From: Leucoraja erinacea
Taxonomy: Eukaryota
Direction: 5' to 3'
Length of the DNA stretch: 64,000 nucleotides
Assembly (NCBI RefSeq): GCF_028641065.1
Contig: NC_073393.1
Span: 20,088,001 to 20,152,000 of the forward strand
In this document: positions 12,901-24,700 of the stretch, piece by piece
Layout: every line of letters begins with the position of its first letter
Numbering within the stretch: the first letter of the stretch is position 1
Program-made: the position numbers and the translations under genes
Notes under the pieces: model-generated
The model's database searches: none
What the model saw: the letters and a program-made list of their open reading frames with translations, nothing else
Told to the model about the DNA's origin: nothing

Positions 12901-13556
12901 NNNNNNNNNNNNNNNNNNNNNNNNNNNNNNNNNNNNNNNNNNNNNNNNNNNNNNNNNNNNNNNNNNNNNNNNNNNNNNNNNNNNNNNNNNNNNNNGTCTG
13001 TTTAGGTGGTTTGGGTTTTTCATGAGCATGGGTTTGTAAGAAGGTTTATGCCCGGTTTTCTCTCTGGGTGTGAGCGTGCTGAGCCTGCGCTTTTGCGCGT
13101 ATTTGTTCAGTACTGCAAGTCTGGTCTGAAAGCTTGCAGCTAAATGTTATTTGACAAATCATTAATTAATTAACATAATCTAGTTTAAAGGTCATCAACT
13201 TAATTAATGTTGTGGAATTATAAAACATTTCGGAACATGACGGTATACACTAACTATTTTAAATACCAATTATTTGTTTTGATTCCGAACACATCGGAGG
13301 CAACGGACAAGATGGCAATACAGTGATAAATTAACAAGCAATGTTGAAGCTTTGCCTAAACATGATATTTCCGGAGTCTTCTTGTAAACATGACGCAGAG
13401 CCGTTGAAAATCATGAATAAAACGTTTAGCAGAATATTTCTGTAACTAAGAAGGCGGGAAAGTCATGTATAGCTGAATTGTCATGAGAATAAGAGTTCCG
13501 ATATTGATTTGTTTTACCTGTTAGAGTACGCCACTGTGCAGATATGCCGAATCTGA
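6855..13556 (+). CDS. Non-rearranging VJ-C1 Ig-superfamily type I membrane receptor (SIRP-like / antigen-receptor-like), about 270 aa, gene span
   Basis: Exons 6855-6900, 7022-7333, 8131-8439, 9978-10091, 13525-13556; all introns GT-AG and phase 1; open frame of 813 nt. Last exon tentative. Confidence 0.8.
7022..7333 (+). CDS. Ig receptor exon 2: V-set domain with joined J-like G strand
   Basis: ..[29 protein letters not shown]; acceptor tttgacag, donor CACG|gtgag. Confidence 0.92.
8131..8439 (+). CDS. Ig receptor exon 3: C1-set domain
   Basis: [36 protein letters not shown]; acceptor cccacag, donor CCGG|gtaag. Confidence 0.92.
8636..9030 (-). mobile_element. CR1 LINE 3' fragment
   Basis: [20 protein letters not shown]; (catagaaa)n tail. 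Confidence 0.85.
9978..10091 (+). CDS. Ig receptor exon 4: transmembrane
   Basis: [38 protein letters not shown]; acceptor ctcgtag, donor GAAG|gtaag; not in the ORF track. Confidence 0.85.
10150..10448 (+). mobile_element. V-SINE (HE1-like) copy
   Basis: GGCACGGTGGCACAG..CCGGGTGCGATC head, GTACGGAGTTTGTACATTCTCC core, (taaac)n tail. Confidence 0.8.
11208..11685 (-). mobile_element. Young CR1 3' fragment nested in an older + strand CR1 remnant (about 10790-11910)
   Basis: ORF 11307-11621 [17 protein letters not shown]..; (catagaaa)n tail. Confidence 0.85.
12424..12483 (+). CDS. Candidate cytoplasmic exon with ITIM consensus ([19 protein letters not shown])
   Basis: Acceptor ttttatag; VEYTPV fits VxYxxV; phase 0, so it needs an unidentified linking exon. 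Confidence 0.35.
   Translation: MIKEEVEYTPVHHRKWRKR
12684..12856. repeat. (TG)n/(TGCG)n microsatellite next to assembly gap 12859-12995
   Basis: Direct reading. Confidence 0.95.
13525..13556 (+). CDS. Candidate terminal cytoplasmic exon ([10 protein letters not shown])
   Basis: Acceptor ttttacctgttag, phase 1 in frame with the TM exon; AATAAA at 13711. Confidence 0.55.
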
Positions 13557-13799
13557 CTGCTGTTGGGACTTGCACAAGAAAGGAGTGCACAAACATTTTT
13601 ACCGTTAAATATTTTAGAAAGTGTGTTTCTGGCTGATGTTGAAATAAGAAATATTAGCTGGAGCAGAAATATGGGAATATTCGGTCCATCTGTGAAGGAA
13701 TATAGTTCGAAATAAAGATTTGTTGGGCAGATGAAACTTGACTGAGAGAATACTTTTGTCGTGAAACACTGATGTAAAACATTAAATGCCATGTATCGA

Positions 13800-14080
13800 A
13801 AATGAGGAAAACGGCCGAGATGAGGAAAACATTTTTCACACAGAGAGTGGCGAATCTCTGGAATTATCAGCCACAGAAGGTAGTTGAGGCCAGTTCATTG
13901 GCTATATTTAAGAGGGAGCTAGATGTGGCCCTTGTGGCTAAAGGGGTCAGGGGGTATAGAGAGAAGGCAGGTACAGGATACTGAGTTGGATGATCAGCCA
14001 TGATCATATTGAATGGCGGTGCAGGCTCGAAGGGCCGAATGGCCTACTCCTGCACCTATTTTCTATGTTTCTATGTTTCT
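13800..14080 (+). mobile_element. CR1 LINE 3' fragment
   Basis: FFTQRVANLWN; (tttctatg)n tail. Confidence 0.85.
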
Positions 14081-17000
14081 CCCCGAAATGTTGTTTGTAC
14101 TGGACGTCTCGCCCATTCCTCTCTCAGATTTCAGTTACTCCCTGGAACACAGACGGCATCCTAAGACACTGACAACTTCCTGACGCACATCATCTCCTTC
14201 CATCTGAAACTCATTCAATTTAACTCGTCTGCTAAAGAGAATGCATAAGTCCTCTTGTCCGGTCATTTTACATTTAGGTTTGGGTTTATTATTGTCACAG
14301 GTACAATGAAAAACATGGTCTTGCATGCTATCCAAGCCTATCAGATATATCATACATACATAATCAGTTCAAACTCAAGTACAATAGATACACCAAAGGG
14401 GAAATAGACATAGTGTTCTCATTTCTAACCATTGCAGCGCATATACTCCTTAGACAAAGTCCAATGTCCACAATGGGGTGTGTGGCGGCAGTGGTGAATC
14501 GTAGTGGTGTTGATGTGTGAATCGAATGTAACTTATGGAAGGAGCGTTCAGATGCTCACATTTCTCCTGAGTCAGGTGGTTTCCGCTGTGAAACTTTTTG
14601 TACCTTCTGCTGATAGTACCTTCTGTCAATGGTATCGTCTGCAAACGTGAAGACGTAATTTGAGCCGAATTTAGCTATACAATCGTGTGTAAAGAAAGTA
14701 TAGTAGGGGACTGAGAATGCAATATTTCGAGCCACCAGTGTTGATTGTTATTGTGGAGGAGATGCTGTCACTCATTTCTGTCTGTGGGTCAGTACATTGA
14801 GGATCCAATGATAGAGGCGGAAGCTGATTCCTCGCTCCATCCGATGCCTCCAATTAAAAAAAATCTCCTACCCGTGTATGCATGTTCCACAGGCCTGCTT
14901 AGTTTCTATTCGGTGTCACCTCCTCTAGTATCTTTGCTTGTGTCCCTCTCCCCTCGCCCGCCCACCTTCGACTCTAGGGGGTGCCACCCGCAGCCGACCT
15001 CGAGAGACCTGTTTTGATGCTGTAATTCTGAACTACATCGCCTCTGCCGTGACATTTGAGGGGCAGTAGCTATTTATGGTAATGATTCCAGGGATGAGGG
15101 ACTTTAGTTCTGTGGATAGATTGTAGAAGCTAAAAGAAGTTTCCCATAGAACTGAAAAGATACCTTGGGGATTTGATCGTGGGATGTTAAATCACGAGCA
15201 CATTAGAGTGAAAGTGGAGTGAGGAAAACAGTTTCTAGAAAATGATAACTATGGGGCATAGAATGAAGGTGATGGGCAGAACCAAAACAAAACAAATCAA
15301 AAATGGTAGTTAGACAAAAATGCTGGAGAAACTCAGCGGGTGGAGGCAGGTTCCATGGACTACCCGCTGTTTTCCTGGTGTCACCCTGAAGATTAAATTA
15401 ACATCAACATTAGATATACATAACTTCTTAAATCTTACCTTCTTGTTTACGGAATTTCCAATGAACGAAATGGCTGGAGATGGGAAAAAGCAACTTGCTT
15501 GAAACTGCATGGCTCGAAAGAACTGGAGCGAGTACTTTGAACATGGCGCCAAAACATGGCGCCTCTTGCAATCGATCTCAGTATATTTCTGTACAATTGC
15601 TAATCGGGGATCCGGGGTATTGCAATGCTCCAGTGGAGTCTTTATAATTTCTCCCTGTTGGCACTTCGCTCATGTGTCAGTAAAATCTCCATTGAATCAT
15701 TCACTCTTGAACCATTTGGCCGAACCAGACCACGCCGACCTTCGGCCAACCACTTTCTAAATACCTACGCAAGGGGAACTCTACAGAGGCCAACTAATAT
15801 ACAAATCGGCACGTATTTGGGATGTGGGAGGGAAAAAAACTGGAGCACGTGGAGAAAACGCGCAATCTCCGCACACGGCATACCAGGTCAGGATTGAACC
15901 CTGGCCTCTGGCGATGTGAGGCCATGTTTTATTAGTACATAGGTAGTCCATATGTACTGAAACAGAACAATGAAATTCTTACGTGCGGCAGCATAAAAGG
16001 TTTGTAAACACAGTACTGAATGGATAATATAATAAACAAATAGAAGGATTGAACTGGGTCTCTGGCATTGTGGAGCAATCGCTCTACAACTGCACATGGA
16101 GTTCAGGCGAGAAAATCAAGAAATCAAAAAATTCACAGAAAAATTGGATATTCCGTCCTCCTTGTCAGGAGTACCAACCTTTCTGACAAACAATTGGAGA
16201 AATGTTGGCAGTTACTTGTGGAAATACGGTTCCGTGCATCGATTTGTACTTTAATCTCAATTTTACTTTTACATTTCCGTTAGCACTCAGCTGCTTTAAA
16301 AACTAATTATTTCTAGGGGATATTTTAGTGGAGACGTGCGGGGCACGTTTTTACACAGCGTGGCGGGGGCCTGGAATGCACCTGCCATGGGTGGTGGTGG
16401 AGGAAGATGCCATCATGGCGTTCAAGATGCTTCTGGATAGGCAATAGAGCGATATTGATTATCTCAGTTTAAATTGACATATTATTAGGCACAAACATAG
16501 TGGGCCGAGAGGGGCATTTCGTGTGCTATGCTGTTCTATGCCCAATGTTTTTTCTTGACCAAAAATTTGTTGAGAATGTTTTAATTGTGATGGGCAGTTT
16601 TGTTAGCTTGTGTAGGAAGTTGCTGACTGCTTGATGGATTTTTGTTAGCTTGATGGCATCACACCAGCTCAATATCATAGATTCCTGTCAATTCACGCTG
16701 AAAGGCATCGAAAATTAGAAGTTCTCGCTTCACAAGACCACCTGATCCTTATGAGAGCTTACTTGGGCGAGAAATCTAATCATAAAACTTATCAACTTTA
16801 TTCGATGTCATTTCTGTTTTTTTAAAGAAGATCTTGTGACGGGATGTGAAAGGAATAATAATGCTGTTACTTTTTCATGCTGTGAAACAACATGGACTTC
16901 AGAGGAAATGTATTTAACATGGCGGCGAGCACATAATACGTGGCATATCATCGCCACCTACTGGTCATATAGTGTTCGATAGTTGACCGCACAGTAATCA

Positions 17001-17169
17001 TTCACCTTTAGTTATACGAGTCAATTAGTTAATCCCGGCTCAAATCTCCCCGCAACCCACTAAGAAAACACCCCGTCGGCTTCTGCAGTCTATCGGCAGA
17101 ACTAAAATCCACCATCCTTGGAATCATTTCAGTAAATCTCTTCCGCACTTTACACCTTCCATATTTAAC

Positions 17170-18030
17170 ACCAATTTAGATCCTCGGTCCCGTAGTATTT
17201 CTGGGAGATTGTTTGTGTCTTCCTAACCAAAGTACTTGTTTAACTGGTCTGCCATTTCCTTGTTTCCCATTATAAATTCACCTGTATCTGAATGTAAGGG
17301 ACCGACATTTGTCTTCACTAATCTTTTCCTCTTCACATATCTAAAGCTGTTCCCCGCAAGCTGTCTTTCATGCTCTATCTTTCCCCTCTTAATTAACCCC
17401 TTTCTCTTCCTCTGTTGAATTCTAAATTTCTCCCAGTCCTCTGGTTTGCTGCTTCCTCTGGCTCTGTTTCTGATGGAACTGTGACACTCCATCTAAATGC
17501 AGAATTCCACCATATTATTTTCACTGTTGCCCAAGGGGCTTTCCATAGCAATATTGCTAACTAATCCTTCCTCATTACACGATACCCAGTCTATGATGGC
17601 ATGCCCTCTAGTTGGTTCCTATATATATATATATTGGCTTAGAAAACAATCCCATATACACTCCAGGAAATACTCTTCAGTATTGTTACCAATATGGTTA
17701 GTCCAATCTACATGTAGATTAAAGTCACCCAAGATAACTACTGTACCTTTGCCACACACATCTCTAATTTCCTGTTTGATACTATCCCCAACCTCACTAC
17801 TGCTGTTTGGTGGTCTGTACACAACTCCAACAAGTGTTTTCTGCTCTTGGTTATTTTGCAGTTCTGCCGATACAGATTCTACCGCATCCAAAGTGTCTCT
17901 CCTTACTATTGCATTAATCTCCTCTTTAACCAGCAATGCCCCCCCCCCCCCCCCCTCTCTCTCTCTCTCTCTCTTCCTTTCTGTCTATCTTTCCTGAATA
18001 TTGAATACACCTGCATATTGAGCTCCCAGA
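17170..18030 (-). mobile_element. CR1 endonuclease-region fragment
   Basis: GVVYRPPNS, ILGDFNLH in ORF 17619-17936. Confidence 0.85.
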
Positions 18031-20489
18031 CACCACAGGGGGAAGCATTAACCAGATAACTAGGTTAATACCAGATAACTAACTCAATAGTCTGCCCCAG
18101 TGATAAAGAGACAGAGAGATCATGATAGGGGAGAGAGGTGTCAGGGATAGCCCAAGTGAATTTAAGGGCAAGGTGGAAATTAGTGGCAAAGTTAATGAAA
18201 TCATGATTTCTGCACGGGTGCAAGAAGCAACCCTGATCAATGTAGTCTTCAATGTAGTAGAGAGTTTGGGGATGGTGTCAACGTACGTTTGGAACAAAGA
18301 CTGATGTAATCGACAAAAAGGCAGGCATGCCAGTGCCCATGAAGAAACTTGAAGAAATTGAGAGGAGTTCCCACAGGTAATGTCAAGGGTGCAGTCAGTA
18401 TGGGAGTATTCAGATTAATATGTCTTCTATGTATCTGTACACCTGGTGGGTATTGCCCCTGATCAGCATGCACCATACCGTTGTAGCTTTTAGTGATTTT
18501 GGAATATAGATCAAATCCCCATGCATCACCCTGCTGTGTGCAACAGAAGGGGATGGAGGTGACATCACCCTATTTTAATGCTTCCATCACATCAGTCTGT
18601 TGTCAGACCACAGGAATAGGGAGCCTGGTGCACCCAGTCATCGGAACGCGATTATGCATTGTGGGGAGCCAATTTCCAGTAAATGCATTATTTTACTTTT
18701 TAATATGTTTGACATAGGTTGGTCAGCTAACCTTGTGGAATAGACCAACCCGCTCAGTAATCCCTGGATAGGAAATCCATGACAGTTAACTAAATTCTGC
18801 TCAATGGTACAAATAGATACTGGCATTCAGAGTTTATCAGCACTAATCAAAACCAATAAATAAAAGGAGTTTGCTCGGATATGCACAGAGATTTTGGGGA
18901 GTTCTGTGCAGGATATCCCTTTTAATTTCTTCATGTTCTAGTTTAGTAGCCTGATATGTGAGCTGCTGGCACTGATCACCAGCAACAAAACTCCTTGTAC
19001 CGGATTTGCTATAATCTTAGCCATTCACTTCACCACATCCACACCATGGGTACAAGCTGTGGGGGTCAGACTGAACGTATAAAGCAAAAACAGAGGCATC
19101 TGCGAGTGGAATGCTTGAACTGGAGAGATTATCTGTTTATTTCAATATGTATACTAAGTGGCAGTGAAGATTATAAAACAACAAGTAAAGCTTATTTCTT
19201 TAAAAAAAACCACCAAGGATAACATTTCAATTCAATGAGACAGCTCCAAGTTCCTCTCCCTGAAGTGTCGTTGCTCCTCCTCCTCTTACACCATGGCTGA
19301 TGGAAGTTTATCACAGCGAACCAAATTATTGGCAGAAAATGCACAGGGCCACTGATACAACATAGGGTAGGGCAAGGCAATAAGGGAGTGCTCACCACTC
19401 AGAGCTAACATTGAGACACCACAGTGCAGATAAAGAAAGCCATTTCCACGAGAGGGATTTGGTGAGGACACTGGGTGACAGGACAGCAAGTAGAGAATAT
19501 AGGATGGGGGAGGCTGAGAGGAAGGGACCCCTCCCAACATAGAAAAGCAAAGACGCCCCAATGCAGAGCACATGTGAAAAAGCAGAAGGGTTAAAAATCC
19601 CATCCCAGCACTCAAAGGCCTTGACAGTGACAGGGAGACACCCAGTATTGAGAAAGAGCGAAGGGGTAAGATTAGACAAAAAAAAAATAGGAGGAAGACG
19701 ATGGAGAATGTGGGTACACGACCTAGTACAGAGTCATCAGTACAGAAGAAAGAAGTGGCCACAAAGCAGTGAGAGGTTTGGACACAAGGCTGAAACGTCT
19801 GATCTTTCATATGCAAAGAAGATGGATCAGCTGGGGAGAAATACAATACCAACCTTCTGGCTGTTGTGTCATTCATGGTTTGGGATCCACCCTGGAGCTG
19901 AAGCAGAGTAATGTCTTACAACACCAATTTTACAAATGTATCTGCAGTGATCTAAAAGCACTTTGCTTGTTTCCCCATGCAAAACTAGCAAAGAAAATAA
20001 GCAGGAGACACAAGCACCTGTGGGAAGAAGGGAACAATGCAGCTTCTCAACGGACGCTGCCACAGGAAGCATATGAACAAATGGGGTTGCCCGGGATTTA
20101 CAAGTAACAGAGTAGCACAGCAAACCTATACCATATTTGAGACTCAAGAAACTGCAGATGTTGGAATCTTGAACAAAACACAAAATGCTGGAAGGACTTT
20201 GCAGGTCAGGCAGCATTCAGGAAGGGAATGGACAATGTTTTGGCTCTTCAGACTCTGATGCAGGGACCCAACCTAAAACGTTGGTTGTCCATTTCCTCCA
20301 CAGATGCTGCTGACCTGTCGAGATCCCCCAGCACTTTTCTACATTACTTACACGACACGTTCCACCAGTCAGTCGATTCAAGAAATGTAGCCACCAGACT
20401 GGATAAAACATACAATTTTCTTCTGACTCCCCTCCTGGGCTGGATGTGAAATTATGTGAAGTGTCACCATGGACTCTGCAGCTGTTAAG

Positions 20490-20775
20490 TTTAGAGATAG
20501 TGTGTAGAAACAGGTCCTTCGTCCCACCAAATCCATGCTGACCCATTCACACAAGTTCTATGATATCCCAGTTTTGCATTCAACATACTAGGGGCAATTT
20601 ACAGAAGCCAATTAACCTACAAACCTGCACTACTTTGGAATGTGGGAGGAAACCAGAACACACTGCGAAAACCACAGTCCCAGGAAGAATGTACAAACTG
20701 TGTACAGGCAGCACCCTTGGTCAGGATCAAACCCAGGTCTCTGACTCTAAGACAGTAATTCTACCGCTGCGTCAT
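20490..20775 (-). mobile_element. V-SINE copy
   Basis: Reverse complement of the core at 10150 (TTTGGAATGTGGGAGGAAACCAG). Confidence 0.7.
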
Positions 20776-21675
20776 TGTATGAACTGAAATGAAGGGCAGT
20801 CTGCCACTGCATCGGTTTACTTGACTGGAGGACAAGATGTCTCCCCACACAGAAGCTCTTGCCCCCATTCAGAAAACCAGTTACTCCAAATACAGTGAAT
20901 CATTGCACATGACTGGCAACCAGGTGGCCCATTCATGACCAACCAATCATGAATCCATGGGGCATTTGAGCTGGTGAAATACCAATACAAATAGAGAATC
21001 AATATGTTTCTGTCCTGCCCATTTATAATGATTGTTATCGCACGAGACTCACTATATTCGAACCACTCATTAAACATAACCTCACTTCAATTATGAAACA
21101 AAAATTGTTCATTTTGTTTTGCGTTGAATGATTAAAATCAGCACTTCAGTGATCTGTTTCTATGGCCCAGTGTGAACCAATGAGACTGCTGACCTTTTGC
21201 AAACCACAATTACCAGCACTGGAATTGCACAACTTGCTCAAGAAATTAATACTAGAGGAGGATACGATGGCCAAACTGGATGGGGCCACACTGTGATCCT
21301 TGTGTTGGATGAGTGTGTGGCAGCATATGAAGAATCTGCCACTAGGTGGCAATCACACACCAAGCAGACAGAATGTGGAGCTGAGTTTTACTCTCACATG
21401 GGGGGGAAAGTGTGAGGAGCATGCAGCATGAGCAGCAGGTACCAAATGTCATCATTACCACACAGCTTGTGATTCATGGGATATTAAGACAAGACAAGAG
21501 GCCCACTGTAAAGGAGCTCAGTGCCAGGAACATATGAAGAATTTACTGTTTTTTTCACTAGCCCTGGGCTTGCAGGGAGCTAAGTAATTGTCTGATCAGA
21601 TTTAAGCAATGTCTCTCCGTTGCAGTATGGCCAAAGGAATGAGCCTTAAAACATTTGCACTAATAATAAACCTCT

Positions 21676-21715
21676 TCAGAAGATCTTCCCTTTCTTCTTG
21701 TTCTTTTCCATTGTT
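21676..21715 (-). CDS. SEPT7: Septin exon 13 (last coding)
   Basis: [13 protein letters not shown]. Confidence 0.93.
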
Positions 21716-24700
21716 CTGGGAAGGATGGAAAAAGAAAAAGTTAATTCACTCAAACAAAGCACACACAATATGCAGAACAAGAGGAACCGTCCATGGAGGG
21801 CAGTGACATGCAGTAGCATGCAAGTTTTCATCCCTCATCTCATGCTCACTGTCTCCACTCTCCTTTCATGTACCCATGTACCATCTCCCTCATACCTGCA
21901 GCTAGCTGTACACGCTCCCTTATTTACACCACCTCTCACAGCCACCTTTGTCACACTCTTCCCTCATTTTCTCAGCCCACACCCGAGAGCAGGTCTCCCC
22001 ATTGCTATACAATGCCCATTCACACTCAACGTTTCCCCCACACAAATCTCCTCATGCACTCCCTCAAGTACAATTACCACTAACTTTGAAGCATCCAGTT
22101 TCTGCTGTTCCAACAAGCGTTGCTCTGCCTCCCATGCTACTTTCTCTTCCTCAAACTGCTTCCTCTTCTCCTCCAACTCCTTGTATTGAGCCTCCAGGTT
22201 TTTCTTCATCTGTTCATGTCGGCGCTGCAGCTACAGGGGCATGGAGACAGAGAAGGGAGGAGGAGAGGGAGGGAGGGTGGGGGTAGCAAGGAAGGAGGTG
22301 GCAGTAAAGGGAAAGTGAGAGCAGAAGGAGGGGAAGCCAGGGAAGGGAGAAGGGGAAGGTAGTGGAGTAGGAGTGAAGAGGGAGGGAGTGGCAACAGGAA
22401 AGGAAGAAGAGCGCCTTTAGTTTCTATAACACTCTGAAATAGCTGAGTACATCACAGTCATGCTCCCTGGGTAATGTCCAATTCAAACCAACCACTCTCT
22501 TTCAGTACAGATGTGTCCAGGTAGGGACAGAATTACATATTCTGGATCAAGCAGAGGACACCAAGATGGATGGGTTACAAAACACCAGAATGCCATTAGT
22601 TGCAGTCAAAGGCTACAGAGAGAGGAAGGTGCAGAAAGCGTACGGAAGGGTCAATGGAGATGTGGGGTGGGAATGGTGGGTAGAAAAGCTTACTTCATTC
22701 TCAGAGTCCTTCAATTTCTGTTTCTTCTCCTTGACCTTCATCTCAAACACTTGTTCCATCTCAGTCTCCATTTTCTTCATCTTCGCCACATGCTCTCGAC
22801 GCTCTTCCTCCATCTCAGCGAGAGGGCTCCTGCATTAATAAAAGTCAATTACCTTCTTGCACTTTAACTGTGCCTCAATTTGTTCTGGGCAGGCAGTGAG
22901 CATGACTAGGCCTATCGTCCGCCAAACAAACCCAAGATTGAACAGCAGGCTCCGTGACCATTTACTGAAGTACCTTCCACAAGGAAGTCGCACGCAAGCT
23001 GGCACAGGAAGTTTCACAAAAAAAGGATGCGCTCTCCAGTTTCTCCTTTTAACTATCCTTAATGCTAGTACAGCAAGGTCAACACCTGCATCCTGTTCAT
23101 AGAATAATAAAGAAATATTCAGCACAGAAACAAGATGTTTTGACCGACTTTGCCTGTGATGCCTAAGCACTCTAAACGCATTTCCCTGCCTCAAGACCTC
23201 AACCATTGTGTCAGGGCCCGAACAGTCTGCTTCAGGGAGTATCAACGACCTGCCCAGTGGCACTCACCCGTCATTGCAAAGTGCTTTGAGCGCTGATCTT
23301 GGCTCACCTCAAAGCCAGCCTCCCTCCCACACTGGACCCCCATTAGTTTGCCTACAGGTCTACAGAGGACGCCATATCTGCGGCCCTACACTCTGCCCTG
23401 ACCCACATGGACAACAACTACTTCTACATCAGGTTGTTGTTCATCGACTACAGCTCCGCCTTTAACACTGTCATCCCTGCCAGCTTGATCACCAAACTCA
23501 GCGGACTTGGCATCACCACCTCCCTCTGCAATTGGACACTGGATTTCCTCACCAACAGACCACAGTCTGTTAGGATCAACAACCTCACCTCCTCCACTCT
23601 AACACAGAACACTGGCGTGCTACAGGGCTGTGTGCTCAGCCCTCTCCTCTACTCCCTCATTATCCATGACTGCGTCCCTAAGTATGGCTCCAACTCCATC
23701 ATAAAATTTGCTGATGACACCACGGTGGTAGGACTGATCAGTGACAACAACGAATCAGCCTATAGGGAGGAGGTCCAGAACCTGGCAGCATGATGTGCCA
23801 ACAATAACCTCGTCCTCAACTCAAAGAAGACAAAGGAAATCATTGTTGACTTCAGGAAGACCAGAGGTGGCAGGCATACCCCCATCCACATAAACGGGAC
23901 TGAGGTGGAGCGCGTCTCCAACTACAAATTCCTCGGGGTACACAGAGGATCTGTCCTGGTCCCTCAATACCACCAAATTGATCAAAAAGGCGCAGCAACG
24001 CCTTTACTTTCTGAGGAGGCTCAAGAAAGCTCACCTGTCCCCCCCCAGATCCTGTCCAACTTCTACCCCTGTTCCATCGAAAGCATCCTGACCACCTGCT
24101 TCATGGTATAGTACAGCAGCTGCACCGCAGCTGACAGGAAGGCACTGCAACGGGTAGTGAAAACCGCTCAGCACATCATCGATGCCCCACTCCCGGCCAT
24201 GGATGCCCTCCACCGAAAACGGTGTCTGAGACGGGCCGGGAAAATCATCAAGGACCCCTCTCACCCTAACCATGGACTGTTTGCCCTCCTCCCATCAGGG
24301 AGGCGGTACAGGAGCCTCAGGTCTCGCACAAGCAGGCTGAGGAACAGCTTTTCCAACAACACCATTACACTGCTGAACTCAGAGTCCCGTCGCTAGCTTT
24401 AGACTCTCCCATTTGTATACAGTTATAATTCATCCACAATCCACACATTGTTAACCAGTATTTTTTATTTTTATTGTATGCTTATTTTGTATTTTTACTT
24501 CTACTATCTTGCACTATGACTATGACCAGACGCTAAACTGCATTTCGTTGTACCTATACTCGTATTTGTGCAATGACAATAAAGTTGAATTGAATTGAAT
24601 TGAATTATGCCCCTATTGCTTTATGCCAATTCTTCAATTTTATGTAACACGAGATGGCATTGGAGAGTTCCAGGTATTGGCCTCCCCACCATTGAAGAGA

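Noticed and set aside
19286-19911. Long overlapping ORFs (up to 196 aa)
   Set aside because: No motifs; region lies downstream of the septin stop and is probably 3' UTR or intergenic
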